Of a stretch of DNA of 64,000 nucleotides, positions 8,555 to 18,340 are shown in pieces. The stretch is from an uncultured Acidobacteriota bacterium (GTDB taxonomy: Bacteria; Acidobacteriota; Vicinamibacteria; Vicinamibacterales; JAKQTR01): positions 1,050,125 to 1,114,124 of the forward strand of contig CAWEJS010000001.1 in the NCBI GenBank assembly GCA_963809475.1. Direction: 5' to 3'. The notes beneath the pieces were generated by a model. It was not told the DNA's origin. It saw only the letters and a list, made by a program, of their open reading frames with translations, and did not search any database. How positions within the stretch are numbered: the first letter of the stretch is position 1; each line of letters begins with the position of its first letter. A program made the position numbers and the translations under genes.

Positions 8555-9883
8555 ATGTACCTGCTCTACAGCCTCGCGACGCTGCTGGTCTTCGCCGTCG
8601 CGCTGCCGTACTTCCTCTACCACTGGATCCGGCACGGGAAATACGCGGTCAACCTGCCGGAACGCCTGGGGCTCCTGCCGGTGTCGCTCAACCCCGACCG
8701 CGAACCCTCGATCTGGATCCAGGCCGTCTCCGTGGGGGAGGCGCTGACGGCGCGGGCCGTCGCCGCCGGCCTCAAGGAACGGTATCCCCGCCTGCGCCTG
8801 TTCGTTTCGACCACCACGATCACCGGACAGCAGGTGGCGCGCCAGAACTTCCAGATGGCCGACGGCATCTTCTACTTCCCGATCGACCTGGCCGTGATCG
8901 GGCGCCGGGTGCTCGACACGGTCAGACCGCAGCTCTTCGTGATGATGGAGACCGAGATCTGGCCGAACCTCCTGCGGGAGTGCCGCGCCAGGGGCGTCAG
9001 GACGGTCGTCGTCAACGGCCGGGTCTCGGCGCGCTCGTTCCCGCGCTATCGCCTCGTCCGGCCGCTCTTCAGACGAGTGCTGGCGTTCGTCGATCTCTTC
9101 TGCGTCCAGGGAGAGGAGACCGCCGGCCGGCTCGCCGAACTGGGGGCGCCGCGTGATTCGATCACGGTCACCGGCAGCCTGAAGTTCGACGCGCTGCAGG
9201 CCGCCGCGCCGGGCCGCGGAGACGGGCGCGTCCTGCGCTTCCTCCGCGTGGCCGAGGAGCGGGCCATCGTCGTCGCGGGCAGCACGATGCCGGGCGAGCA
9301 CGAAATCGTGCTGGATGCCTTCGAGCGCGTGCGGACCCTCGCCCACAGCCCGCTCCTCGTCCTCGCCCCGCGCCGGCCGGAGCATTTCGGTGACGCCGAG
9401 GCCCGCGCCGTCGAGCGCGGGTTCAAGACGGCAAGGCGCTCGGCGCTGGCGATCGACGAGGAGGTCAAAGCCGACGTCGTCGTGCTCGACACGATCGGCG
9501 AGCTGGCGCAGGTCTACCAGGCGGCCACCGCCGTGTTCGTCGGCGGCAGCCTGGTGAACATCGGCGGGCACAACATCCTGGAGCCGGCGGCCTTCGGGAA
9601 GGCGATCGTCTTCGGGCCGCACATGCACAACTTCGCGGAGATCGCGTCGGCGTTCCTGGAGGGCCGCGCGGCCGTTCAGGTCCGCTCGGGCCGCGAGCTC
9701 GGAGACGCGCTCATCAGGCTGATCTCGGACACCGCGGAGCGCGAGCGGATGGGGAACGCGGCGCGCGCCATCGTGGAGGCCAACCGCGGAGCGAAGCAGC
9801 GGACGCTCGATGCGATTGCCCGGGTCCTGCCGGTGCCGGATCCGGCGGGCGAACGCGTCCTGCCGTTCCCGGCCGCTCGCTGA
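8555..9883 (+). CDS. waaA: 3-deoxy-D-manno-octulosonic acid (Kdo) transferase
   Basis: Start at MYLLYS. N-terminal TM segment, [10 protein letters not shown] motif and GT30-like C-terminal half. Confidence 0.9.
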   Translation: MYLLYSLATLLVFAVALPYFLYHWIRHGKYAVNLPERLGLLPVSLNPDREPSIWIQAVSVGEALTARAVAAGLKERYPRLRLFVSTTTITGQQVARQNFQMADGIFYFPIDLAVIGRRVLDTVRPQLFVMMETEIWPNLLRECRARGVRTVVVNGRVSARSFPRYRLVRPLFRRVLAFVDLFCVQGEETAGRLAELGAPRDSITVTGSLKFDALQAAAPGRGDGRVLRFLRVAEERAIVVAGSTMPGEHEIVLDAFERVRTLAHSPLLVLAPRRPEHFGDAEARAVERGFKTARRSALAIDEEVKADVVVLDTIGELAQVYQAATAVFVGGSLVNIGGHNILEPAAFGKAIVFGPHMHNFAEIASAFLEGRAAVQVRSGRELGDALIRLISDTAERERMGNAARAIVEANRGAKQRTLDAIARVLPVPDPAGERVLPFPAAR

Positions 9884-9894
9884 GGTTTCAACGC

Positions 9895-10923
9895 ATGCTG
9901 GGATCGATCTATGCGGCGTTCGCAGCGGCCCGGCGCCGGAGTTACCGGCGGCCCGGGCGCCGGCGGCGCCTGCAGCGGCCGGTCATCAGCGTCGGGAACC
10001 TGCGGGTCGGCGGCACCGGCAAGACGCCGGCCGTGGCGTACATCTCGCGCCTGCTGGAGGCGATGGGCGAGCGGCCTGCGATTCTCAGCCGAGGATACGG
10101 CCGCCGCGCGGCGCCGGACGGCGTCGTGGTGGTGTCCGACGGCGAGCGCCTGCGCGCCGATCTCGACAGGAGCGGCGACGAGCCCCTCATGCTGGCCCGC
10201 GCGGCGGATCGCGCCCGGGTGCTGGTGTCGGCCGACCGCCACCTCGCCGGCCGCCTCGCGGAACTGCACCTCGGCGCAACCGTCCACGTGCTCGACGATG
10301 GGTTTCAGCACCTCGGGCTGGCGCGCGGGACCGACCTGTTGATCGTGGGGCCTGACGACGTGACGGATCCACGGACGCTGCCGATGGGCAGACTCCGCGA
10401 GTCGCTCGATGCCGCCGCGTTCGCCGACGCGCTGCTCGTGACGGACGCCACCGCGGAACAGGTCGACACGCTCGCGGGTCGGCTCGGCGTGACGACGGCA
10501 TTCCGCCTGGTGCGCGAGACAGGCTCGCCCCGGAGGCTCGACGTCTTCGAGGCAAGCGTCGAGGTCGACGTCGCGGCCGCCGGGCCCGTGCACGGCTTCG
10601 CCGGCGTTGCGCGGCCGGGTCGGTTCTTCTCGGAATTGCGGACACTCGGCTGGGACGTGACGGGCACCACGCCGTTCCCGGACCATCACCGCTACACCGC
10701 GCGGGACGTCGCGGCCCTCGCGGCGGCCGCCAGGGCGCAGGGCGCCCTGGCGCTCGTCACGACCGAAAAGGACGTGATGCGGATCCTGCCGCTCCGGCCG
10801 CTGCCGCTGCCGCTGCTGTGGGTGCCGCTCGTCGTGCGCATCGAGCCCGAGCCGGCGTTCCGGCAGTGGCTCGGCGACCGGCTCGCGGCCGAGCGGGCGC
10901 TCGCGGAAGGCGGCCGGTCATGA
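9895..10923 (+). CDS. lpxK: tetraacyldisaccharide 4'-kinase
   Basis: P-loop VGNLRVGGTGKTP and LpxK-like sequence. Adjacent to waaA. Confidence 0.9.
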   Translation: MLGSIYAAFAAARRRSYRRPGRRRRLQRPVISVGNLRVGGTGKTPAVAYISRLLEAMGERPAILSRGYGRRAAPDGVVVVSDGERLRADLDRSGDEPLMLARAADRARVLVSADRHLAGRLAELHLGATVHVLDDGFQHLGLARGTDLLIVGPDDVTDPRTLPMGRLRESLDAAAFADALLVTDATAEQVDTLAGRLGVTTAFRLVRETGSPRRLDVFEASVEVDVAAAGPVHGFAGVARPGRFFSELRTLGWDVTGTTPFPDHHRYTARDVAALAAAARAQGALALVTTEKDVMRILPLRPLPLPLLWVPLVVRIEPEPAFRQWLGDRLAAERALAEGGRS

Positions 10924-11867
10924 AGCGCCTGCGCTACGCCGTCGAGTACGCGCTCGTCGTGATGATGACGGGCGTCACGCGCATCCTGCCGTGGCGCGCC
11001 GTGCGGGCGTTGGGTACCGCGCTCGGCTTCTGCTTCTACGTGTGCGATCGCCGCCACCGGCGCATCGCCCTGGCGAACGTGAACGCCGCGTTCCCGCGCA
11101 AGCCCGCGCCAGAGAGGCGGGCCCTCGTGCGGCGGGTGTTCGGGCACTTCGGCCGGCTGCTCTTCGAGCTGCTGAAGTTCAGCGGGCTGTCGCGCGAGCA
11201 GATGCTTTCGCGGGTCGAGCTCGAGGGCGAGGATCGGGTGCGCGCCGCCCAGGCGCTCGGGCGAGGTGTGCTCTACTTCACGGGCCACTTCGGCTACTGG
11301 GAGATCCAGGCCATCGCCCACGGCGCGGCCGTCGCCCCGATCGGCGTCCTGGCGCGACCGCTCGACAACCGCCGGCTGCACGTCTTCCTCGAGCGGCTGC
11401 GCGGCTGCACGGGCAACTACGTCATCTACCGGCGGGGCGCGCTGCGCCGCGTGCTGAAGGCCCTCGGCGCGAACCATGGCGTCGCGATGCTGATCGACCA
11501 GCACATCCAGGCCCCGGATGCGGTCACCGTGAACTTCTTCGATCGGCCGGCGGCCACGACGCTGGCGCTGGCCGTCCTGGCGCTGCGGACCGGGGCGCCG
11601 GTCGTCCCGGTCTTCGCGCTGCCGCTGTCGGCCGGCCGTTACCGGCTGATTTACGAGCATCCCGTTGCGCCGCCCGCGGACGACTCGCCGGAGGCGATTC
11701 GCGAATTCACGCAGCGGTGTACCGACGTGCTCGAGATGCAGGTCCGCCGGCGTCCCGAGGCCTGGCTGTGGATGCACCGCCGCTGGCGCGACGCCGCGAT
11801 GCCCGATTCGTCCGATCCCGGCATGTTTCCCCTCGCCGCTCGCGAGGAGGACCGAGACGGCGGATGA
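10920..11867 (+). CDS. lpxL: lipid A biosynthesis (Kdo)2-lipid IVA acyltransferase, LpxL/HtrB family
   Basis: ATGA overlap with the lpxK stop. HFGYWE (Hx4E) acyltransferase motif. Confidence 0.8.
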   Translation: MKRLRYAVEYALVVMMTGVTRILPWRAVRALGTALGFCFYVCDRRHRRIALANVNAAFPRKPAPERRALVRRVFGHFGRLLFELLKFSGLSREQMLSRVELEGEDRVRAAQALGRGVLYFTGHFGYWEIQAIAHGAAVAPIGVLARPLDNRRLHVFLERLRGCTGNYVIYRRGALRRVLKALGANHGVAMLIDQHIQAPDAVTVNFFDRPAATTLALAVLALRTGAPVVPVFALPLSAGRYRLIYEHPVAPPADDSPEAIREFTQRCTDVLEMQVRRRPEAWLWMHRRWRDAAMPDSSDPGMFPLAAREEDRDGG

Positions 11868-12892
11868 CCACCCTGGTGTTCTCGCCGAACTGGCTCGGCG
11901 ACGCCGTGATGGCGCTGCCCGCCGTGGCCGACCTCCGCCGGCATCCGGGAACCGGGCGGCTCGTCGTGGCCTCGCGCCCGAGCGTGGCGGAGTTGTGGTC
12001 GCTGGTGCCGGGGATTGACGACGTCGTCACGATCCCGGCGTCTCGCGGCGTGCGGGGATGGAGAGGCATCCGCGCGAGCGCCGACGCCGTGCGGGAGGTG
12101 CGCGCCGGGTTGGCCGTGGTGCTGCCCAACTCTTTCCGAGCGGCGCTCGTCGCCCGCCGTGCCGGGATTCCCGCCCGACTCGGCTACCGTTTGAACCTGC
12201 GCCGGTGGCTGCTGACCCAGGCGGTGCCGCGGTCGCGCAGACCGGTGCACCAGGCGGACTACTATCGGCGCCTCGTCGCTGCGGCCGGCGTCGAGAACGG
12301 GCCTCGCGAGCCTCGCCTCGACGTGCCCGAGGCGTCGCTCGCTGCGGCACGGGCGATTCTCGCGGAGCACGGCTGGACGCCGGGCATGCCGCTCCTCGGC
12401 TTGGCGCCGGGGGCGGCCTACGGCGGCGCAAAACGGTGGCCGCCCGACCGGTTCGCGGCCGTCGCCGAACTCCTCCGGCAGTCGCGCGGCACTGCCGCGG
12501 TGCTCATCGGGTCTGCGGCGGACCGGCCCGCGGCGTACGCAATCGAGGCCGAACTCGATAAGATCGGCGGAGGAGCCGGCCGGCCCGCGGCGCTGAACCT
12601 CACCGGCTCGACCGGCCTGCGGCAACTCGCCGGCGTGCTGGCGCACTGTGCGGCGTTCGTCTCGAACGACTCGGGCGCCATGCACCTGGCCGCCGCCATC
12701 GGCATCCCCGTCGTGGCCGTGTTCGGGCCGACGGACGAGCGCGCCACCGCCCCTCTGGGCGGTCGCGCGCGCGTGCTGGCCGCGGACGCGTGGTGCCGCC
12801 CGTGCATGCTGCGCGAGTGCCCGCTGGATCACCGGTGCATGATGGGCACCGGCGCCGGCGACGTCGTCCGCGCCGTCGAGGACATGGTGTGA
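11864..12892 (+). CDS. waaF: ADP-heptose:LPS heptosyltransferase II (GT9)
   Basis: ATGA overlap with lpxL. N-terminus MTTLVFSPNWLGDAVMALPAV resembles WaaF (SWVGDMMM). Confidence 0.8.
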   Translation: MTTLVFSPNWLGDAVMALPAVADLRRHPGTGRLVVASRPSVAELWSLVPGIDDVVTIPASRGVRGWRGIRASADAVREVRAGLAVVLPNSFRAALVARRAGIPARLGYRLNLRRWLLTQAVPRSRRPVHQADYYRRLVAAAGVENGPREPRLDVPEASLAAARAILAEHGWTPGMPLLGLAPGAAYGGAKRWPPDRFAAVAELLRQSRGTAAVLIGSAADRPAAYAIEAELDKIGGGAGRPAALNLTGSTGLRQLAGVLAHCAAFVSNDSGAMHLAAAIGIPVVAVFGPTDERATAPLGGRARVLAADAWCRPCMLRECPLDHRCMMGTGAGDVVRAVEDMV

Positions 12893-12894
12893 AG

Positions 12895-13467
12895 ATGAAA
12901 CGACCGGCGGTGTTCCTGGACCGCGACGGCACGATCAACCTCGATGCGGGGTACGTCGATCGCCTCGAGCGGTTCGAGCTGTATCCCTTCGCGATCGACG
13001 CCATCCGCCTGTTCAGGCAAGCCGGCTACCTCGCGGTCATCCTCACCAATCAGGCGGGCGTTGCCCACGGGATGTACGACGAGGACTTCGTGGCCACGCT
13101 CGCGGAGTACCTCTCCAACCGGGCGAAACTCGGCGGCGCGGCGATCGACGGCCACTACTACTGCCCGCACCTGCCCGACGCCGAGGTGGCGAAGTACCGT
13201 GTCGACTGCGACTGCCGGAAGCCGAAGCCCGGCTTGGCGCTCCGGGCGGCCGCGGACCTCGACATCGACCTTCCCCGGTCCGTCGTCATCGGCGACCGCT
13301 GGCGGGACATCAGCGTCGCCCGAGCCGTCGGATCCCGCGGCATTCTCGTCAAGACCGGCTACGGGGCGACCGAGGCGCTCAGACCTCCGCCCGGGATGTC
13401 GGCCGACGCCGTCTGCGAGGACCTGATTGGCGCCGCTGTCTGGCTGTTCGATCACCCGGTGCGCTGA
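12895..13467 (+). CDS. gmhB: D-glycero-beta-D-manno-heptose-1,7-bisphosphate 7-phosphatase
   Basis: HAD motif FLDRDGTIN and Zn-site pattern YCPH..CDCRKP. Confidence 0.85.
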   Translation: MKRPAVFLDRDGTINLDAGYVDRLERFELYPFAIDAIRLFRQAGYLAVILTNQAGVAHGMYDEDFVATLAEYLSNRAKLGGAAIDGHYYCPHLPDAEVAKYRVDCDCRKPKPGLALRAAADLDIDLPRSVVIGDRWRDISVARAVGSRGILVKTGYGATEALRPPPGMSADAVCEDLIGAAVWLFDHPVR

Positions 13468-13471
13468 CGTT

Positions 13472-13942
13472 ATGGCCGCCATCGTCACGCTGGAGCGATT
13501 GCAGGAGGTTGTCGCGGCCGATCGCGCCGCGGGGCGCACGATCGCGCTCGCGAACGGCGTGTTCGATCTCCTGCACATCGGCCACATCCGGTATCTCGAG
13601 GGCGCCAAGGCCGAGGCCGACATCCTCATTGTCGCAATCAACGACGATCGGTCGGTGAGGATGCTCAAGGGCGAGGGGCGGCCGGTGATGCAGGAGGCGG
13701 ACCGGGCTGAGCTCCTTGCCGCCCTGCGGTGCGTCGACTACGTGGTCCTGTTCTCGGGGCGGACGGTCGGCGACCTTCTGCTGCGCCTCAAGCCCGACGT
13801 CCACTGCAAGGGCACCGACTACACCGTGGAAACCGTGCCGGAGCGGCCAATCGTGGAGTCCTACGGCGGGCGCACCGCCATCGTGGGCGATCCGAAGGAT
13901 CATTCGACGCGCGACCTGCTGTCGCGGCTGGCGGGTCGCTGA
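13472..13942 (+). CDS. hldC: D-beta-D-heptose-1-phosphate adenylyltransferase (stand-alone RfaE domain II)
   Basis: Cytidylyltransferase motif NGVFDLLHIGHIRYL. About 156 aa. Confidence 0.85.
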   Translation: MAAIVTLERLQEVVAADRAAGRTIALANGVFDLLHIGHIRYLEGAKAEADILIVAINDDRSVRMLKGEGRPVMQEADRAELLAALRCVDYVVLFSGRTVGDLLLRLKPDVHCKGTDYTVETVPERPIVESYGGRTAIVGDPKDHSTRDLLSRLAGR

Positions 13943-14962
13943 ATGGCGCGATCGATTCTCGTCGTGCGTCTCGGCGCCCTGGGCGACCTCGTGCATGCGC
14001 TGCCGGCCGTCGCGGCCATGCGGGCCGCCTGGCCCGACGCGCGGATCGACTGGTTGGTCGACGCGCGCTACCAGGCGCTGCCGGCGCTCGTGCCCGTCGT
14101 TGATCACGTGATCGTCGTGGGGAAGCCCGGCGGCGGATCGCTGTCCCGTGTGGTGCGCGCGCTTCGCGCCGCGAAGTACGACATCGCGATCGACCTGCAG
14201 GGCCTGCTGAAGTCGGCCGGATTCGCCCGGTCCGCGGGCGCCCGCACGACGGCGGGCTTCGTCGCCGCACAACTGAGAGAGCCGGCAGCGAGCCTGTTCT
14301 ACACGATGCGCGTGCGCGGGGACGACAGCGGCCACGTGATCCGGAAGAACCTGTCGCTCGTGGCAGCGCTCGGCGCGCGCACGGACCGCGTGGCGTTCCC
14401 GCTCGACGTGCCGGCGTCGCCCGCGCTCGACGCGGCGAGGGCGGACCTGGGCCTCGATGATGGGGCGCCGTTCGCCGTGCTCAACCCCGGCGCCGGCTGG
14501 CCCAACAAGCAGTGGCCCGGTGAGCGCTTCGGCGCGATCGCGGCCCACCTTCGCCGACGCCACGGCCTGGCGTCGCTCGTCGTGTGGGGTCCCGGCGAGC
14601 GGGAACGCGCGGAACAGGTCGTCGCCGCGTCCGAGGGCGCGGCACGCGTCGGGCCCGCGACGAGCGTCGCCGACCTCCTGGCCATCGCCCGCGCGGCGGC
14701 CGTGTTCGCGGCCGGGGACACCGGGCCGCTGCAGTTGGCGGCTGCCGCCGGCACGCCAATCGTCGGGGTCTTCGGCCCGACCAACCCGTCCCGGAACGGC
14801 CCCTGGGACCCGGCGGACGTCTGCCTGTCCCGGTTCGACGAGTGCGAGTGCCACCACAAGCGACGGTGCCGGCGCGCGACGCCGTGCATCGACAGCATCA
14901 CCGCCACTGAGGTTGCCGCCGCCATCGATCGCCGGCTGGGAGATGGAGTGCCGCGTGGATGA
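13943..14962 (+). CDS. waaC: ADP-heptose:LPS heptosyltransferase I (GT9)
   Basis: MARSILVVRLGALGDLVHALPAV resembles WaaC (MGDVLHTLPA). The start abuts the hldC stop (TGAATG). Confidence 0.8.
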   Translation: MARSILVVRLGALGDLVHALPAVAAMRAAWPDARIDWLVDARYQALPALVPVVDHVIVVGKPGGGSLSRVVRALRAAKYDIAIDLQGLLKSAGFARSAGARTTAGFVAAQLREPAASLFYTMRVRGDDSGHVIRKNLSLVAALGARTDRVAFPLDVPASPALDAARADLGLDDGAPFAVLNPGAGWPNKQWPGERFGAIAAHLRRRHGLASLVVWGPGERERAEQVVAASEGAARVGPATSVADLLAIARAAAVFAAGDTGPLQLAAAAGTPIVGVFGPTNPSRNGPWDPADVCLSRFDECECHHKRRCRRATPCIDSITATEVAAAIDRRLGDGVPRG

Positions 14963-15479
14963 ACTCCTCGCGCGCCTCGCTCGCGCCCGCGTGCCGCTTG
15001 GGTTCGGGACTGGCGTGCTCGCCCTGCTGCTCGCCCGGCCGACCTGGCGATCGCTCGCCGCCGGAGCCGCCGTGGCCGTTGTCGGACAAGCGCTCCGCAT
15101 CTGGGCGGCCGGGCACCTCGAGAAGAGCAGGGAGGTCACCAGGTCCGGGCCGTACCGGTGGTTCCGCCACCCGCTCTACGTGGGGTCGTCGATCATGGGC
15201 GTCGGCGTCTGCATCGCCGGCGCGAGCCTGATCGTGACGGGCCTCATCTTGTTGTATCTGGCGGCCACCCTGCACGCAGCCATCCGAACCGAGGAACGCT
15301 TCCTCCGCCGGAAGTTCGGCGCGGAGTACGACGACTATTGCCATGGCGTGTCGGGGACCGCGGGCCGGCCGTTCAGCTGGGCCCGCGTGCTGCGCAACAA
15401 GGAGTATCGCTCCGTGCTCGGCGTTGGCGCCGCCTTGGCCCTCCTTGCCCTGAAAGCGTTCCTCCTGCCCCGTCCGTGA
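14943..15479 (+). CDS. isoprenylcysteine carboxyl / phospholipid methyltransferase family membrane protein
   Basis: RSGPYRWFRHPLYVGS..RTEERFLRRKFGAEYDDY motif. Start uncertain (ATG 14943 or GTG 14955). Overlaps the waaC end. Confidence 0.7.
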   Translation: MECRVDELLARLARARVPLGFGTGVLALLLARPTWRSLAAGAAVAVVGQALRIWAAGHLEKSREVTRSGPYRWFRHPLYVGSSIMGVGVCIAGASLIVTGLILLYLAATLHAAIRTEERFLRRKFGAEYDDYCHGVSGTAGRPFSWARVLRNKEYRSVLGVGAALALLALKAFLLPRP

Positions 15480-15487
15480 CGGGCGCC

Positions 15488-15550
15488 GAATCCCGAGTCC
15501 CGAGCCCCGAGTCCCGGTTCCTGGCCCCCAGCCCCCAGCCCCCAACCCCC
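15488..15550. repeat. array of nine consecutive heptanucleotides
   Basis: GAATCCC GAGTCCC GAGCCCC GAGTCCC GGTTCCT GGCCCCC AGCCCCC AGCCCCC AACCCCC, read directly between the methyltransferase stop and holB. Confidence 0.9.
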
Positions 15551-15584
15551 GTTGTGGTAGCATTCCCGTAACTACTTGCCTTCC

Positions 15585-16628
15585 ATGACCTTCCGCGAGA
15601 TCGTCGGCCATCGTCGTTTGAAGCGGTTGCTGACGCGAGCCGTCCAGTCCGGGGCGCTGCCGCCGAGCCTCATCTTCGCGGGGCCCGATGGCGTGGGCAA
15701 ACGGCAGATGGCGTTGGCGCTGGCGCAAGCGCTCAACTGCCTCGACCCTGTGATCGACGGCGACGGCGGACAACGGGATGCCTGTGGGGCCTGCCCGTCG
15801 TGCGGGAAGATCGCCCGCGGCCTGCATCCGGACGTCAGGCTCGTCCAGCCTGAGGACGGCGGGTCCATCACGGTCGATCAGGTCCGCGACGTGGTTGCTC
15901 AGACGGCCTACCGGCCGTTCGAGGGCCGCTCGCGAGTCGTCATCGTCGATCAGGCGGACCTGCTCGGCGAGTTCGCGCAGAACGCCCTGCTCAAGACTCT
16001 CGAAGAGCCGCCGCCCCGGAACGTCTTCATCCTGGTGACGTCGCGGCCCAGCCTCCTGCTGACGACGGTTCGCTCGCGCTGCTGCGTTCTGAGGTTCGCG
16101 CCGCTCGCGGCCGGGGAGATTGCGGCGGCACTGGCCGCGCGCCATGGGTACGGGGAGCACGACGCGAGGCAGGCAGCCGCGCTCGCCGGCGGCAGCCTGG
16201 CGAGGGCGCTCCAGGCAGGGACCGGCGGCCTGGAGGACGTGCGCGCCGTGGCGATGGGGGTCCTCGCGGAGGCGGCGCACGCACCGGACGTCCGCGCGCG
16301 CCTCGCGGTGGGCGCGGCGCTCCTGAAGTCGGCGGGCCGGAAGGGCAAGGACAAGGAAGGCAAGGGGCAGGCCGACCGCGGGTCGCTTGCCGGGTGCCTG
16401 CGGGCGATGGGATCGCTGCTGCGGGACATGACCGTGTTGACAACCCGCGCATCCGACGCGGCGCTGGTCAACCTCGATCTCAGGGCCGACCTGGAACCCC
16501 TGGCGAGGCGCTATGACCGGGACCGGCTCGGGCGCGCGTTTTCCGCTGTCGGGCGTTCGCTGGTGGCGCTGGAGCGCCACAATGCCAGCTCCAAGATCGT
16601 CGTGGACTGGCTCGCGCTCCAGCTCTGA
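15585..16628 (+). CDS. holB: DNA polymerase III subunit delta'
   Basis: MTFREIVGH.., AGPDGVGKRQMA, Zn module CGACPSCGKI, SRC motif VRSRC. Confidence 0.8.
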   Translation: MTFREIVGHRRLKRLLTRAVQSGALPPSLIFAGPDGVGKRQMALALAQALNCLDPVIDGDGGQRDACGACPSCGKIARGLHPDVRLVQPEDGGSITVDQVRDVVAQTAYRPFEGRSRVVIVDQADLLGEFAQNALLKTLEEPPPRNVFILVTSRPSLLLTTVRSRCCVLRFAPLAAGEIAAALAARHGYGEHDARQAAALAGGSLARALQAGTGGLEDVRAVAMGVLAEAAHAPDVRARLAVGAALLKSAGRKGKDKEGKGQADRGSLAGCLRAMGSLLRDMTVLTTRASDAALVNLDLRADLEPLARRYDRDRLGRAFSAVGRSLVALERHNASSKIVVDWLALQL

Positions 16629-16652
16629 CGGCGGCGCCGCCGACGGCCATAG

Positions 16653-17432
16653 ATGCAGGGGCCTATGAGCGCTGGCATTCCCGGCGCCGTCGTGGCGGTG
16701 AGGGCCATCCCGTCGGGATGGACGAGGGTGGCGCTCGCGTGCGCCGCCGAGCCTCCGCTCGCCGACGGCGACCTCGTGGTGGTGCAAACGGACTCGGGGC
16801 CGATGCTGGCGTCGATCCTGGCCCGGCCGTCGGCGCTCGCCTGCAGGTGCGGGAACGCGGAGCAGGCCCCGCGCATCCTCAGGCGCGCCAATCAGCAGGA
16901 TCACTCCCTGCGCCAGCGCCACGAGCAGCGCGAGCGCGAGGCCTTCAGGCTCTGCGTCATGAAGATCCGCGAGCGGGGCCTGGCGATGAAGCTGACCCGT
17001 GTCGAGCAACTGTTCGACGGATCGCGGCTGGTCTTCTTCTTCACGTCGGACGAGCGCGTGGACTTCCGCGAGCTGGTCCGCGAGCTGGCCTCGGAATACA
17101 AGACCCGCATCGAGCTGCGCCAGATCGGCGTGCGCGACGAGGCCAGGCTGCTCGCCGGCTACGGCACGTGCGGGCGGCCGCTGTGCTGCAGCACCTGGCT
17201 GAAGTCGTTCGAGCCCGTGTCGATCAAGATGGCCAAGCAGCAGGATCTGGCGCTCAACCCGTCGAGGCTGTCGGGCCTGTGCGGGCGGCTCAAGTGTTGC
17301 CTGCGATACGAGTTGAACCACACGGCGGTCGCGGCGTCCCGCGACGAATCGTACCCCGGGAGCGCGGGCGACCACGCGGCGCCGCCGGGCGGGTCCATCG
17401 GCGGCGCGCCGGCGCCGGGCCGCGGCCGATGA
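16653..17432 (+). CDS. ricT: PSP1-domain protein (RicT/YaaT family)
   Basis: GTCGRPLCCSTWL and GLCGRLKCCLRYE motifs. Follows holB as in Bacillus. Start could instead be ATG 16665. Confidence 0.8.
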   Translation: MQGPMSAGIPGAVVAVRAIPSGWTRVALACAAEPPLADGDLVVVQTDSGPMLASILARPSALACRCGNAEQAPRILRRANQQDHSLRQRHEQREREAFRLCVMKIRERGLAMKLTRVEQLFDGSRLVFFFTSDERVDFRELVRELASEYKTRIELRQIGVRDEARLLAGYGTCGRPLCCSTWLKSFEPVSIKMAKQQDLALNPSRLSGLCGRLKCCLRYELNHTAVAASRDESYPGSAGDHAAPPGGSIGGAPAPGRGR

Positions 17433-18340
17433 ATCTCCCGCGCATCGCGGTCACCGTGGGCGACCCGGCGGGCATCGGTCCGGAGATCGCCGCGAAGGCG
17501 GCCGAGGATCCTCGCGTCACCAGCGTCTGCACGCCGGTGCTGTTCGGCCCCGCCGGCCTGGCGCGCTTTCCTCCCGGCCGCCTCTCCGCGGAGGCGGGCC
17601 GCGCGGCGTACGACGCGATCGTGGAGGCCGTCGCCGCGGTGACGGCAGGCGGGGTGGACGCCTTGGCCACCGCGCCCATCAGCAAAGAGGCCTTCGCGAT
17701 GGCGGGACTGCCGTGGCGCGGGCACACCGAGCTCCTGGCGCACCTCACCGGCGCCCCCTTCGTCGCGATGATGTTCCACGCCGACGCGATCCGCGTGGTG
17801 CTCGCCACGATTCACGTGCCCCTGGCCGAGGTGCCGCGGCTGCTCACGCGGGCGCTGCTCGAGCAGGTCATCCGGCTGACGGCGCGGGAGCTTCCCCGCT
17901 TCGGGTTCGCCGAGCCGCGCCTCGCCGTCTGCGGCCTCAACCCGCACGCGGGGGAGGGCGGCGTGCTCGGGCACGAGGAACAGCGCGTGATGGGGCCGGC
18001 CATCGCGGCGTGCCGCGCCGACGGCATCGCCGTTTCGGGGCCGTACCCGGCCGACACGGTGTTCGTGCGCGCCACCCGCGGCGAGTGCGACGCCGTCATC
18101 GCGTGCTATCACGACCAGGGACTGATTCCCGTCAAGCTGCTGGCGTTCGGGAAGGCCGTCAACGTCACGCTCGGCCTGCCCATCATCCGGACGTCGGTCG
18201 ATCACGGCACCGCCTTCGATATCGCCGGCACGGGCGTCGCCGATCACGGGAGCCTGGTCGAGGCGATCAGGCTCGCCGCACGGCTGGCCGCGCACCCGCC
18301 GCGTTCCGGCGGGGCGGCAGCCCCCGGAGGCCGGACGTGA
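17429..18340 (+). CDS. pdxA: 4-hydroxythreonine-4-phosphate dehydrogenase
   Basis: ATGA overlap with ricT. GDPAGIGPEI, GLNPHAGE and DHGTAFDIAG motifs. Confidence 0.9.
   Translation: MNLPRIAVTVGDPAGIGPEIAAKAAEDPRVTSVCTPVLFGPAGLARFPPGRLSAEAGRAAYDAIVEAVAAVTAGGVDALATAPISKEAFAMAGLPWRGHTELLAHLTGAPFVAMMFHADAIRVVLATIHVPLAEVPRLLTRALLEQVIRLTARELPRFGFAEPRLAVCGLNPHAGEGGVLGHEEQRVMGPAIAACRADGIAVSGPYPADTVFVRATRGECDAVIACYHDQGLIPVKLLAFGKAVNVTLGLPIIRTSVDHGTAFDIAGTGVADHGSLVEAIRLAARLAAHPPRSGGAAAPGGRT

Noticed and set aside
10991-11863. Long N-terminal extension of the waaF ORF (633 aa in the track). Similar extensions occur for pdxA (16718), smpB (17713), rfbD (19808), alr (56564), plsC (60685) and purH (43168).
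   Set aside because: The extensions overlap the preceding, well-supported gene in another frame. Homology-like sequence begins only at the start codon that overlaps the upstream stop.
14898-17375. 825-aa minus-strand ORF, the longest in the track.
   Set aside because: It is antisense to holB and ricT, which carry clear family motifs on the plus strand. Its translation is Arg/Gly/Pro/Ala-rich with no recognisable domain. This is a typical shadow ORF of a high-GC genome.
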